A DNA stretch of 64,000 nt from positions 1-64,000 of IMG/VR virus record IMGVR_UViG_3300043409_001318. One strand, written 5' to 3'. Source of the DNA: a virus. Numbering within the stretch: the stretch's first letter is position 1; each line of letters starts with the position of its first letter. Both the position numbers and the translations under genes were made by a program. Below are positions 55,460 to 63,279 of this stretch, in pieces. The notes below the pieces were generated by a model. It had not been told where the DNA came from, ran no database searches, and saw only the letters and a program-made list of their open reading frames with translations.

Positions 55460-55683
55460 TGTTCCAAATTGGTGACCTTGTTCAAGTGAAAACACGCCTC
55501 AAAAACGATGCAGATAATCGACAATTAGTAGGAATTGTTGAAAGTGTTGTAGACGGTAAAGTTGGCGTTCGTTATTTAAATACTAATGACTTTGGATTTC
55601 ATATTTATAGTGGTATTACAGTTTACACAAATCCCCTTGACTATCTTCGAAAGATTGATAGTATTGTTGAAAAGGTAAAGTAA
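55459..55683 (+). CDS. SH3/KOW-like microprotein
   Basis: MFQIGDLVQV...VGIV...PLDYLRKID. Confidence 0.7.
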   Translation: MFQIGDLVQVKTRLKNDADNRQLVGIVESVVDGKVGVRYLNTNDFGFHIYSGITVYTNPLDYLRKIDSIVEKVK

Positions 55684-55684
55684 A

Positions 55685-56011
55685 ATGGAAATCCCCCTTA
55701 CTTATTCTTCGCAAGCAGTTAAGGCCCGTGGAAATAATATTAATGAGAAACTACAATATCTTATTAATTGGTATACAAAAACAGGTAAGGATATTGAACC
55801 TTCTTGGGAATTTCAACGAGAACTTATGGAGTTTACAAAGCATTGGACTTTTGGACTTATCCAGCTTATGCGCGAAACTCCCGAAGAAACAAAGGAAGAA
55901 ATTATTAATCATCTACCGGATATTGAATATGTAATAATGAATTCTAAAAAGTCAGCTAATACGGTAGGTGCTATGTATCTTTATTGTGAACTACAAAATA
56001 TTGTGAGGTAA
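55685..56011 (+). CDS. Hypothetical protein
   Basis: AAGGT RBS. Confidence 0.6.
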   Translation: MEIPLTYSSQAVKARGNNINEKLQYLINWYTKTGKDIEPSWEFQRELMEFTKHWTFGLIQLMRETPEETKEEIINHLPDIEYVIMNSKKSANTVGAMYLYCELQNIVR

Positions 56012-56012
56012 T

Positions 56013-56210
56013 ATGATTTTTTCTCTTTTAATTATGTCTATTGGTTTTACCGCTTTTTGTATTCTCCATGAGGAAATCCCACCAAAAAAGCAAATTGTTC
56101 TTAAAATTCCAATCATTCCTGTTGTTGTCGATTTGATAGAAGATGATTATGTTTCAGATCCCGAAGAGATTGATCCTCCAACAATGATAATGCCAAGGAA
56201 GCAAAAATGA
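56013..56210 (+). CDS. Small membrane protein
   Basis: GAGGT RBS; N-terminal hydrophobic helix. Confidence 0.5.
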   Translation: MIFSLLIMSIGFTAFCILHEEIPPKKQIVLKIPIIPVVVDLIEDDYVSDPEEIDPPTMIMPRKQK

Positions 56211-56434
56211 AGTTGACTGAATATCTAAATAATTCTATCACCGATGAAACTTCTGTAATTTTTGGAAAGTTTGGAGCAATTGAAAGTTTTAATTTAAATC
56301 CTAATGAAAAAGTAAAAGTTCTTACTCAAAAGATTATGAGGGACAAAAAGTATTTCTCAATCGATACCTTGACGGTCAACAAGAGTGGAGATATCTTGTT
56401 GATTGAAAGCGGAGATAAGAAGTGGGTGCCGTAA
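56207..56434 (+). CDS. Hypothetical protein
   Basis: ATGA overlap. Confidence 0.5.
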   Translation: MKLTEYLNNSITDETSVIFGKFGAIESFNLNPNEKVKVLTQKIMRDKKYFSIDTLTVNKSGDILLIESGDKKWVP

Positions 56435-56634
56435 AGTTTAATTATGGGGATCTTGTCACCATTCAAGTAAATTATAGTAAATCTAATACTAATTTTGCGC
56501 GTCAAGGCTCCATAGGAATTATTATTGAACCAACAAAAGATTATACTCGCGGTTCTAATGTTGTGAAGGTATTTGGTAGTGATGATGAATGGTATCTTAG
56601 AAATAATGAAATGGATCTTCTTCATCGTGCTTGA
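56422..56634 (+). CDS. SH3/KOW-like microprotein
   Basis: KFNYGDLVTI...IGII. Confidence 0.6.
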   Translation: MGAVKFNYGDLVTIQVNYSKSNTNFARQGSIGIIIEPTKDYTRGSNVVKVFGSDDEWYLRNNEMDLLHRA

Positions 56635-56684
56635 CGGCTAAACGATAATGGTGATATACTTTTGGTTGAGAGTGGAGAACAAAG

Positions 56685-56909
56685 ATGAGTTCCCTAAAAT
56701 ATGCTGCTGGTGATATTGTTGTAAACTTTAATATTGGTGATATTGTTATTGTTAACTCCGAAGCATATGAAGAAGCTTTTGTAGGTGAAATAGGATATGT
56801 AGCATCAATGCCTTATCTATCTTTTTCATATATTACGTTTTTTAGTGATCCAGAACAAGAGATATTGTTTAAGAACTCCGAAATCTTTCTTAAACCTCTT
56901 GACGGCTAA
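56685..56909 (+). CDS. SH3/KOW-like microprotein
   Basis: FNIGDIVIV...GEIGYV. Confidence 0.6.
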   Translation: MSSLKYAAGDIVVNFNIGDIVIVNSEAYEEAFVGEIGYVASMPYLSFSYITFFSDPEQEILFKNSEIFLKPLDG

Positions 56910-56944
56910 ACAACAACAGGCTAAGGTATAAGCATCGGAGGAAA
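56899..56944 (+). promoter_or_regulatory. Promoter-RBS cassette, copy 1
   Basis: TTGACG-N17-TAAGGTATAAGCATCGGAGGAAA; last 23 bp identical at 61502-61524. Confidence 0.7.
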
Positions 56945-57258
56945 TGATGATGAATAACCGTCCCGAAATTGGCGATATGATTATGCTTCTTCGTCCCGAA
57001 ATCCGCGAACTTCCTCCCAAGGTTCGTCGTGGTCGTCCTCCCAAGGTTCCGCGTATTGAAACGGAAACTACTTGGCACGACGACGTTGAAGCAATCATTC
57101 TTAGTGGTCCTACGCAGGGAATTTCGTCCGATGGTGAAGATTATTGGCTGGAGTGGTTGACCCAGCGACTTGACAACGGAAAGAAGTGTGTTATTAGTAG
57201 TGGCGGCAGAGGATACATGAGTAATACCTTCCGTATTGTGCGAAGGGCAAATGAGTGA
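56944..57258 (+). CDS. SH3/KOW-like protein with inserted AT-hook-like motif
   Basis: RPEIGDMIML...RRGRPPK. Confidence 0.6.
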   Translation: MMMNNRPEIGDMIMLLRPEIRELPPKVRRGRPPKVPRIETETTWHDDVEAIILSGPTQGISSDGEDYWLEWLTQRLDNGKKCVISSGGRGYMSNTFRIVRRANE

Positions 57259-57455
57259 AGAAATTTGTAAAGAATAGTGTATGGTTTGCTTCACCAACCA
57301 ACGAAACCAAACCATTTTATTTTATTGTAATTCGTCCTCGCCCTATGGATATGAAGATTTCTATTTACAATTTTGATAGTGGCGAAATCAAAGAAAACTA
57401 TTATTTTAAATATGAAGAGATGGACCTAAATTATATCTTGACGAGGATTGACTAA
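57255..57455 (+). CDS. Hypothetical microprotein
   Basis: GTGA overlap. Confidence 0.5.
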   Translation: MKKFVKNSVWFASPTNETKPFYFIVIRPRPMDMKISIYNFDSGEIKENYYFKYEEMDLNYILTRID

Positions 57456-57655
57456 TGCGAAAGTTCTTTAAGGATGTTGTGCTTGGCGATATTCTAATTT
57501 CAAAGCAGAGTATCAGCGGTATTAACTTTGTTGGAGTTGTTGAAACTATCGAACATGCACCAAAGCAATCTGTATCGATTAGAACTTTTCGCGAAGGCAA
57601 GACTTATATTATTCATGGTTCTTCAATTGGAGATACATGGGAAATTGTGACGTAA
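57455..57655 (+). CDS. SH3/KOW-like microprotein
   Basis: VVLGDILIS...VGVV. Confidence 0.55.
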   Translation: MRKFFKDVVLGDILISKQSISGINFVGVVETIEHAPKQSVSIRTFREGKTYIIHGSSIGDTWEIVT

Positions 57656-57673
57656 ACAATAAAGGAAATTAAC

Positions 57674-57880
57674 ATGAAACTAATGCATGGTGATATACTT
57701 GTATACAAAAGTAATTTGTTCTTCGTTCTAAACCCTTCTCGTTTAGTATATGATGATGGTTCTTTTTTAGTGCTCGTCCAAAATTTAGAAGATAGTGGAG
57801 ATTTTAGAAACATTAATTCTACATACCATCTTGACAGCGGTATGTGGACCCGATACAATAACCAAACAAAGGAGAACTAA
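57674..57880 (+). CDS. SH3/KOW-like microprotein
   Basis: MKLMHGDILVY. Confidence 0.55.
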   Translation: MKLMHGDILVYKSNLFFVLNPSRLVYDDGSFLVLVQNLEDSGDFRNINSTYHLDSGMWTRYNNQTKEN

Positions 57881-57881
57881 A

Positions 57882-58088
57882 TTGACTTTCCGTGGCTTTT
57901 TCAATGATGATGCGAAGAGTGATAATGATAGTGATGTGATTATTTGTTCCGTTCATGGAGAATACCCAGCTTCTATGAAGGCTTTTGGGTGTCCCGAATG
58001 TGTTAAGGAAGCAGAAGACGAAGAGCAAGAAGAAGAAATGCTTAATAAGTCTAAAATTGCTCGCTTTAATACTCCAAGGAAGCGATAA
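57882..58088 (+). CDS. Small Zn-ribbon-like protein
   Basis: GGAG RBS, TTG 57882; CSVHG...CPEC. Confidence 0.5.
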   Translation: MTFRGFFNDDAKSDNDSDVIICSVHGEYPASMKAFGCPECVKEAEDEEQEEEMLNKSKIARFNTPRKR

Positions 58089-58252
58089 TGCCTATTTACA
58101 ATGATTTAACTGAAAAAGAAATAATCCAAAATCTTGTTGAAGATAAGATTTTACTTGAAGCAAAAGTAAAGCAGTTAGAAGCAGAAGTAAAAGGTCTTAA
58201 ACAAACAGACAGAAAATCTAAAATTATTCCTATCTACAATTTGGGAGATTAA
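58088..58252 (+). CDS. Small coiled-coil protein (not in track)
   Basis: MPIYNDL...LEAKVKQLEAEVKGL; TAATG overlap. Confidence 0.5.
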   Translation: MPIYNDLTEKEIIQNLVEDKILLEAKVKQLEAEVKGLKQTDRKSKIIPIYNLGD

Positions 58253-58292
58253 TCAAAAGCATCAAATATTTAATTGATTTTGATGCTTTTGA
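58253..58292. repeat. Perfect 14-bp inverted repeat
   Basis: TCAAAAGCATCAAA/TTTGATGCTTTTGA, upstream of ACTATTTA at 58304. Confidence 0.8.
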
Positions 58293-58330
58293 CGTAGTTT
58301 AAAACTATTTATTTCATAGGAGAAAATTCT

Positions 58331-59035
58331 ATGGAAGAAAATATAAAACTAAAAGAACAAAAAAAAAGATGGTATCAAGCCAATAAAGAACGGCTCAATC
58401 AAAAACAAAAAGAGCGTAACGAAGTCAATAAAGAACTAATAAGAGAAAGAAAAAAAAGATACGGGCAAGAAAATAAAGAAAAGATTTCAAATTTTAAAAA
58501 AGAGTGGTATCTTAAAAACAAAGAGAGAATTTTAGAAAATAGAAAAGAATATTATGAAAGTAATAAAGAACAAATAACTAAATATAAAAAAGAGTGGCAT
58601 CTAAAAAATAGACCAAAACGCTTGTTAGAGTTTAAAAGATATAATGAAGAAAACCAAGATAAAATTAAACAACAAAAAGCAATTTACAAAAGTAAATATC
58701 CAAACAAAAACAAAGAAAGTTCTTCTGCGTACAGACGTAAATATTTTGATAAGTTTAAAAGATATAGTATTACAAAATATGGGATTACGATTAAACAATA
58801 TCAAGATTTATTAGATAAACAATTACATAAATGCTATATATGTAAAATTGAAACCAAGAAGAACGGAAGAAGGTTATGTATAGACCACGATCATATTAAT
58901 GGTAAAGTTAGGGGTTTGTTGTGTAATCTTTGTAATTCCATATTAGGCTACGCAAAAGATAATATTGAAATATTACAAAACGCAATAAAATATTTACAAG
59001 AACCTCCATTCCAATCGGTTGACGAGGTAAAGTAA
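58331..59035 (+). mobile_element. EndoVII-type HNH homing endonuclease with N-terminal repeats
   Basis: CYIC...CIDHDH..GKVRGLLCNLCN; about 15-aa K.WY..NKE repeats. Confidence 0.85.
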
Positions 59036-59053
59036 ACAGATTAAGAGGTTTCT

Positions 59054-59254
59054 ATGAACGACCGAACCCTTTATGAATTCCAAATTGGGGATATTGTAGC
59101 CCATCGCATGAATGAGAATTTGACGGGGATCGTTCTTGAAACCAAATTTCTAAATCATAAAGATAGAGAAATTCTTTATATTTGTTGGTTTGCCGAAGGT
59201 CCAGCATCTAAAAAGCGTTATCCAGCCGCACATATCGTAAAGGTATCGTCGTGA
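59054..59254 (+). CDS. SH3/KOW-like microprotein
   Basis: FQIGDIVAH...TGIV...ICWF...KVSS*. Confidence 0.7.
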   Translation: MNDRTLYEFQIGDIVAHRMNENLTGIVLETKFLNHKDREILYICWFAEGPASKKRYPAAHIVKVSS

Positions 59255-59448
59255 AATATGAAATTGGGGATATTGTAAGATTGAAAGATACTAAGTTAAT
59301 TGGTATTGTTTTAGATTTTCACTTAGAACCAAATTCATCTTCAATTTTTGACGCTCAATCTTATCTTGAAATTCTTTTATTTCATAATAATATTTCCATG
59401 AAATATACATATTTTCCCCATTATGATAATTTTGAGAAGATATCATAA
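59251..59448 (+). CDS. SH3/KOW-like microprotein
   Basis: MKYEIGDIVRL...IGIV...KIS*. Confidence 0.7.
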   Translation: MKYEIGDIVRLKDTKLIGIVLDFHLEPNSSSIFDAQSYLEILLFHNNISMKYTYFPHYDNFEKIS

Positions 59449-59469
59449 ATTTTTATAGGAGAAACTAAA

Positions 59470-59550
59470 ATGTCTGTTGATCCTTTTTTGATTGTAGTTT
59501 TTTTAGGTTTTTTCTTCGCTATCTATTCTGCTGCGAAACTTCGTCTTTAA
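59470..59550 (+). CDS. 26-aa single-TM microprotein (not in track)
   Basis: AGGAG RBS; MSVDPFLIVVFLGFFFAIYSAAKLRL. Confidence 0.45.
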   Translation: MSVDPFLIVVFLGFFFAIYSAAKLRL

Positions 59551-59602
59551 CCCTTGCGCTCTTCCTACAACCCGTTAAGATTAGTTTGAAGAGAGGAAGA
59601 AA

Positions 59603-60223
59603 ATGAAAGGCTATCGTCGTCAGTCTAAATGCTCTTTCTGCTCCACCGTGGGTCATAATCGACGGGGCTGCGAATTATTTAAAAGTTCCAGAAACCAAAT
59701 TGTAGAGAAATATAAGATTTTCCGTGCAAAATGGTGGGAAGCTTACAAAGATCTTCCTTATGGCTATGGAACTATTTACGAACACGCGCTTGGAAGTTAT
59801 TGCCACAACGAAAAAGGACAATGGACCCGTTGCGAAGTTAATAATCTACTTACCGATACCATTGTGGGTATTATGCTTCCAAGCCTTATTAATGAAAGCG
59901 GAAATCTTATTGTTTCGGCTTTTTCTAATATTGAAGATAAAAGTAAGCACAATTATATTGAACTTCCTTTTGTTAAGGGATACATTACGGAATACTCCCG
60001 CAGAATAAACTCTCATGGATTTACTTATTGCGCTTTTCAAGAACCTTTTGAGAAGAATATTCTTTCTTTTGGAGCGACCCTTGCGGAAAGTGTAGACCGG
60101 GATAAGCTGAAGGAGTGGTTGGAAGCCGAAGATCTTCACAAGTCTTATAGGTTTATGGACCCTTCAACTTCTTACGATAATCTTATGGAAGGTTATGGAA
60201 TGAATACTGAAATCGTCGGGTAA
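59603..60223 (+). CDS. CCHC zinc-knuckle protein
   Basis: CSFCSTVGHNRRGC. Confidence 0.7.
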   Translation: MKGYRRQSKCSFCSTVGHNRRGCELFKSSRNQIVEKYKIFRAKWWEAYKDLPYGYGTIYEHALGSYCHNEKGQWTRCEVNNLLTDTIVGIMLPSLINESGNLIVSAFSNIEDKSKHNYIELPFVKGYITEYSRRINSHGFTYCAFQEPFEKNILSFGATLAESVDRDKLKEWLEAEDLHKSYRFMDPSTSYDNLMEGYGMNTEIVG

Positions 60224-60288
60224 AAGAAACTTGAAATCGTCCTTGACGGTGGACTTCAACGGGTTAATAGTAGAAGACAAGGGAGGAA

Positions 60289-61023
60289 ATGATGGGATCG
60301 TGCCGTTTCTGTGGAAGCAAAGGACATAATCGTAATGGTTGCCCCGATGTTGCGGCTCACGCTGCCAGCGGCAAGGCAAAGATCGTAGAAGGACAGGATC
60401 GCTATTCTCTTGATTGGAGGGAGCGTTTCGCGGTTTCTATCCAAGAGAACAAGGCTACCCGTTCTGCTCGTGTATCTACTTCTCCTCGCAAGTGTTCCTA
60501 TTGCTCCGTAGCGGGTCATACGCGCGCAACCTGCACTACTCTTGTTGAGGATCGGCAAGCAGCTTTCAATCACGAAAAGACGTTCCGCACTAATTTTGTG
60601 AATTGGGTTGCTAATAGCGGAATTGGTATTGGAACAATTCTAACTCGTCAAATGTGGGATAATACAGAGTTTTCGCTGCTTGTGCTTGGTGTGGATTACA
60701 AAACAATCAATATTTTGAATACTCATGGAAGTAATGTTATTCGCGCGCAGTATCTTAATCGTGTTGGTTGGGAAAATGAGGTAGGAAATTACAATATTGC
60801 TCCAATTAAATCTTTTGGGTTTGAAATTTCCGCTCCTGCTTCTTCCGTTCCTGTTCCCGAAAGTTTCCTAAATGAAGAAGTAATTAAGAATTTGGTTGAT
60901 GGTTGGTTTGATGGAAAAAGCACGCGCTCTTCTCGTTGGGATAATTATAACGCTGGTTGTTTCCGCGTAGGTCGGCCCGATCTTACGGATTTGAGCGAGA
61001 AGGCAAAGATTTACGCAGTTTAG
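60289..61023 (+). CDS. Protein with two CCHC zinc knuckles
   Basis: CRFCGSKGHNRNGC and CSYCSVAGHTRATC. Confidence 0.75.
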   Translation: MMGSCRFCGSKGHNRNGCPDVAAHAASGKAKIVEGQDRYSLDWRERFAVSIQENKATRSARVSTSPRKCSYCSVAGHTRATCTTLVEDRQAAFNHEKTFRTNFVNWVANSGIGIGTILTRQMWDNTEFSLLVLGVDYKTINILNTHGSNVIRAQYLNRVGWENEVGNYNIAPIKSFGFEISAPASSVPVPESFLNEEVIKNLVDGWFDGKSTRSSRWDNYNAGCFRVGRPDLTDLSEKAKIYAV

Positions 61024-61032
61024 AAATTATTT

Positions 61033-61069
61033 AGCCCTCCTTGACTTCCGGGTCTTGGAGGGCTAATCA
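61033..61069 (+). promoter_or_regulatory. sigma70-like promoter with the -35 enclosed in a hairpin
   Basis: AGCCCTCC-TTGACT...-GGAGGGCT; TTGACT-N17-TAATCA. Confidence 0.55.
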
Positions 61070-61086
61070 TTAGTGGGAGACGAAAA

Positions 61087-61299
61087 ATGAAGTTCGATGT
61101 TGAAGAAGCAATTGAAGAAATCCTTGTCGAAGGTTTTAGCGAGGGAGATCTTTTGCGAGCGGTCCTTGCAGTTCTTCCAAAAAGTGATATTGCTGAAATT
61201 CTAAATTCAGCCGAAGAACACCTTTTTGCTGGTAAGGAAGAAGAGGAAGAAGATTGGGATAGCGACGAAGATCAAATTGACGAGGAAGAAGAATTCTAA
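61087..61299 (+). CDS. Very acidic microprotein
   Basis: E/D-rich; GGGAG RBS. Confidence 0.6.
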   Translation: MKFDVEEAIEEILVEGFSEGDLLRAVLAVLPKSDIAEILNSAEEHLFAGKEEEEEDWDSDEDQIDEEEEF

Positions 61300-61490
61300 T
61301 GCTTAACGTCGGAGATCTTGTTGAAGTAATTTACAGGCAAAATAAACCTGCGATCATAATCTCCATTTTTAAGGAAAGAGACAATAAAGATAAATTTAAA
61401 GAACTGAAAACTTATTATGTCGTTAAACATTTTGAGGATGAAGGAACAGGAGAATGGTTGGAAACTTCGCTCCGACGCTTGACGGCTTGA
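61299..61490 (+). CDS. SH3/KOW-like microprotein
   Basis: MLNVGDLVEV...YYVV. Confidence 0.65.
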   Translation: MLNVGDLVEVIYRQNKPAIIISIFKERDNKDKFKELKTYYVVKHFEDEGTGEWLETSLRRLTA

Positions 61491-61524
61491 AAGCACAAGG
61501 ATAAGGTATAAGCATCGGAGGAAA
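61479..61524 (+). promoter_or_regulatory. Promoter-RBS cassette, copy 2
   Basis: TTGACG-N17-TAAGGTATAAGCATCGGAGGAAA. Confidence 0.7.
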
Positions 61525-61527
61525 GAA

Positions 61528-61824
61528 ATGGCTGGTGAAAGACTTTGCGGGAATTGTGGTGAGCCTAACCATAACCGGCGCACTTGTAAAAACCTCGCAA
61601 AAGCTCCAGCCGTAAGGGAGGTCGCCCCTTTTCCCCAAATCCCTGCTATTCCTTTTAAGCAGGTTGAACGGGTAGAATATGAGGGTGACCTCCCGATAGT
61701 CGATATGACGCCTTGCCTTCTTCGACTAAAAGGTTATACCCAAATCTGTTCGGGGTCGTTCCGTATGACCGTTCCCGATGATACCACCTTCGATCAAATC
61801 TCTAACTATGTCTTTTGGAGATAA
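61528..61824 (+). CDS. CCHC zinc-knuckle protein
   Basis: CGNCGEPNHNRRTC. Confidence 0.7.
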   Translation: MAGERLCGNCGEPNHNRRTCKNLAKAPAVREVAPFPQIPAIPFKQVERVEYEGDLPIVDMTPCLLRLKGYTQICSGSFRMTVPDDTTFDQISNYVFWR

Positions 61825-61825
61825 T

Positions 61826-62044
61826 ATGCGAGAATACCAGCGGTTCAACCTTGGAGATATTGTCAAGCATAAGTATCAAAATAATCATGGTTATATTTTT
61901 AAGGTTCATAGTCCATATTATGCCGTGCTTAACCCTCACAACGAAGCTTATACGGTTATATGGTTTAACGAAGACCTTAACGACCGTCTAAGGTATGGAT
62001 ACGATCAAATCGAACTTGGCGATATTATCGTAAAGGTGTCCTAA
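61826..62044 (+). CDS. SH3/KOW-like microprotein
   Basis: RFNLGDIVKH...YTVIWF...KVS*. Confidence 0.7.
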   Translation: MREYQRFNLGDIVKHKYQNNHGYIFKVHSPYYAVLNPHNEAYTVIWFNEDLNDRLRYGYDQIELGDIIVKVS

Positions 62045-62235
62045 TGTTCCAAATCGGTGATATTGTTGAACTTTATAACTCCGAAGAAGATAAAGTTCAT
62101 ACAGGTATGATATCTTCCAATATTATGGCTTCTACTTGGCATGATGAAGAAGAAGAATATTATAAAGTTGTTTGGTTTGATGAAAAAAATTCCTTGACGG
62201 AAGAACATTATTCTAATCTTGAAAAGGTATCCTAA
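62044..62235 (+). CDS. SH3/KOW-like microprotein
   Basis: MFQIGDIVEL...YKVVWF...KVS*. Confidence 0.7.
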   Translation: MFQIGDIVELYNSEEDKVHTGMISSNIMASTWHDEEEEYYKVVWFDEKNSLTEEHYSNLEKVS

Positions 62236-62393
62236 TGCTCCAAATTGGCGATATCGTAAATTTTAGTTATCTTACGGGTTTTGTAGTAAAACTTGACAAA
62301 GATCATTTTTGGATTAAGTGGTTTGATCTGGAAGAAGAATATGCTTATCATCTTTCCCAAGAAACACTTTTTCTAATCAAAAAGGTATCGTAA
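62235..62393 (+). CDS. 52-aa SH3/KOW-like microprotein (not in track)
   Basis: MLQIGDIVNF...IKWF...KKVS*. Confidence 0.7.
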   Translation: MLQIGDIVNFSYLTGFVVKLDKDHFWIKWFDLEEEYAYHLSQETLFLIKKVS

Positions 62394-62563
62394 TGTTTCA
62401 AATTGGTGATATTGTAATGATGGAGGAAGATAAACAAGAGGGAGAAATTTACGGATATGTGACCGAATTTGAAGAAGAAACCCTTTATCTTTGCGTTTCT
62501 TGGTTTGACGGGCAAAAAAGCATAGAATTCCCTAATCATGTGAAAAAGGTAGAAAATGGCTAA
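62393..62563 (+). CDS. 56-aa SH3/KOW-like microprotein (not in track)
   Basis: MFQIGDIVMM...YGYV...VSWF...KKVENG*. Confidence 0.7.
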   Translation: MFQIGDIVMMEEDKQEGEIYGYVTEFEEETLYLCVSWFDGQKSIEFPNHVKKVENG

Positions 62564-62804
62564 ACTTCCCGATTACATCGACAAAACCGATAAACGTGCT
62601 ATTGCTGAATACTTCATAAAGCAACGAGAACTTCAAGAATATGAGAAATATTATCTTGAAGCAATAAATAATCTTGAAAAGCCATATATCGACCTTTATG
62701 GAGATTTTAACCGGTATACTACCGAAATTGGGGATCATCTTATCTCGCAAGGCTGGAAGGTTGAGAATATAGCCCTTCTTACTTGGAGAATTTGGAAACC
62801 TTGA
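62556..62804 (+). CDS. Hypothetical protein
   Basis: AAGGT RBS. Confidence 0.55.
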   Translation: MAKLPDYIDKTDKRAIAEYFIKQRELQEYEKYYLEAINNLEKPYIDLYGDFNRYTTEIGDHLISQGWKVENIALLTWRIWKP

Positions 62805-62860
62805 AAAGTTCCTTGACGCTTTAGAACAACAGGTTAAGTAGAAAACCCCAAGGAGAACAA

Positions 62861-63016
62861 ATGACCGACCTTTTCATGGAAATCCTCAACCCTACGCTTG
62901 AACCTGTTTCCTCCGATTATCAGTTGACGGACGAAGAAGCAGATGCTATGGTGAATGATGATGATGCCCTGCTAATCTTCGCTGCTTCTGTCTACCCTCA
63001 CATTTTGTGGAATTAA
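62861..63016 (+). CDS. 51-aa acidic microprotein (not in track)
   Basis: TTGACG promoter at about 62813; AAGGAG RBS. Confidence 0.55.
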   Translation: MTDLFMEILNPTLEPVSSDYQLTDEEADAMVNDDDALLIFAASVYPHILWN

Positions 63017-63041
63017 ACTAACAACTTTTTTTGGAGTTAAA

Positions 63042-63176
63042 ATGTCTGCTATCGAACGCTATTATTCTACACTTTCTCCTATGGGACCGTGGTGCGCTGA
63101 AGATGAAGATGATACTACCCCTATGAGCGAGGAAGAAATCGCTATTGCCTATGAAGTAGCGATGCAAGACTTCTAA
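63042..63176 (+). CDS. 44-aa acidic microprotein (not in track)
   Basis: GGAG RBS; EDEDD...SEEE. Confidence 0.5.
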   Translation: MSAIERYYSTLSPMGPWCAEDEDDTTPMSEEEIAIAYEVAMQDF

Positions 63177-63279
63177 ATGAAAAATCCACCTAATTCAACG
63201 GGGCCTCCCTAACTTTCTTGAGTTTAGCCCTTGCACCCTTTCAGCAACCCGTTAAGAGGAAGAAGAGGAGAAAAGAGAA

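Noticed and set aside
57795-57881. Track start for ORF 57795..58088
   Set aside because: Overlaps the previous gene; the GGAG RBS supports TTG 57882
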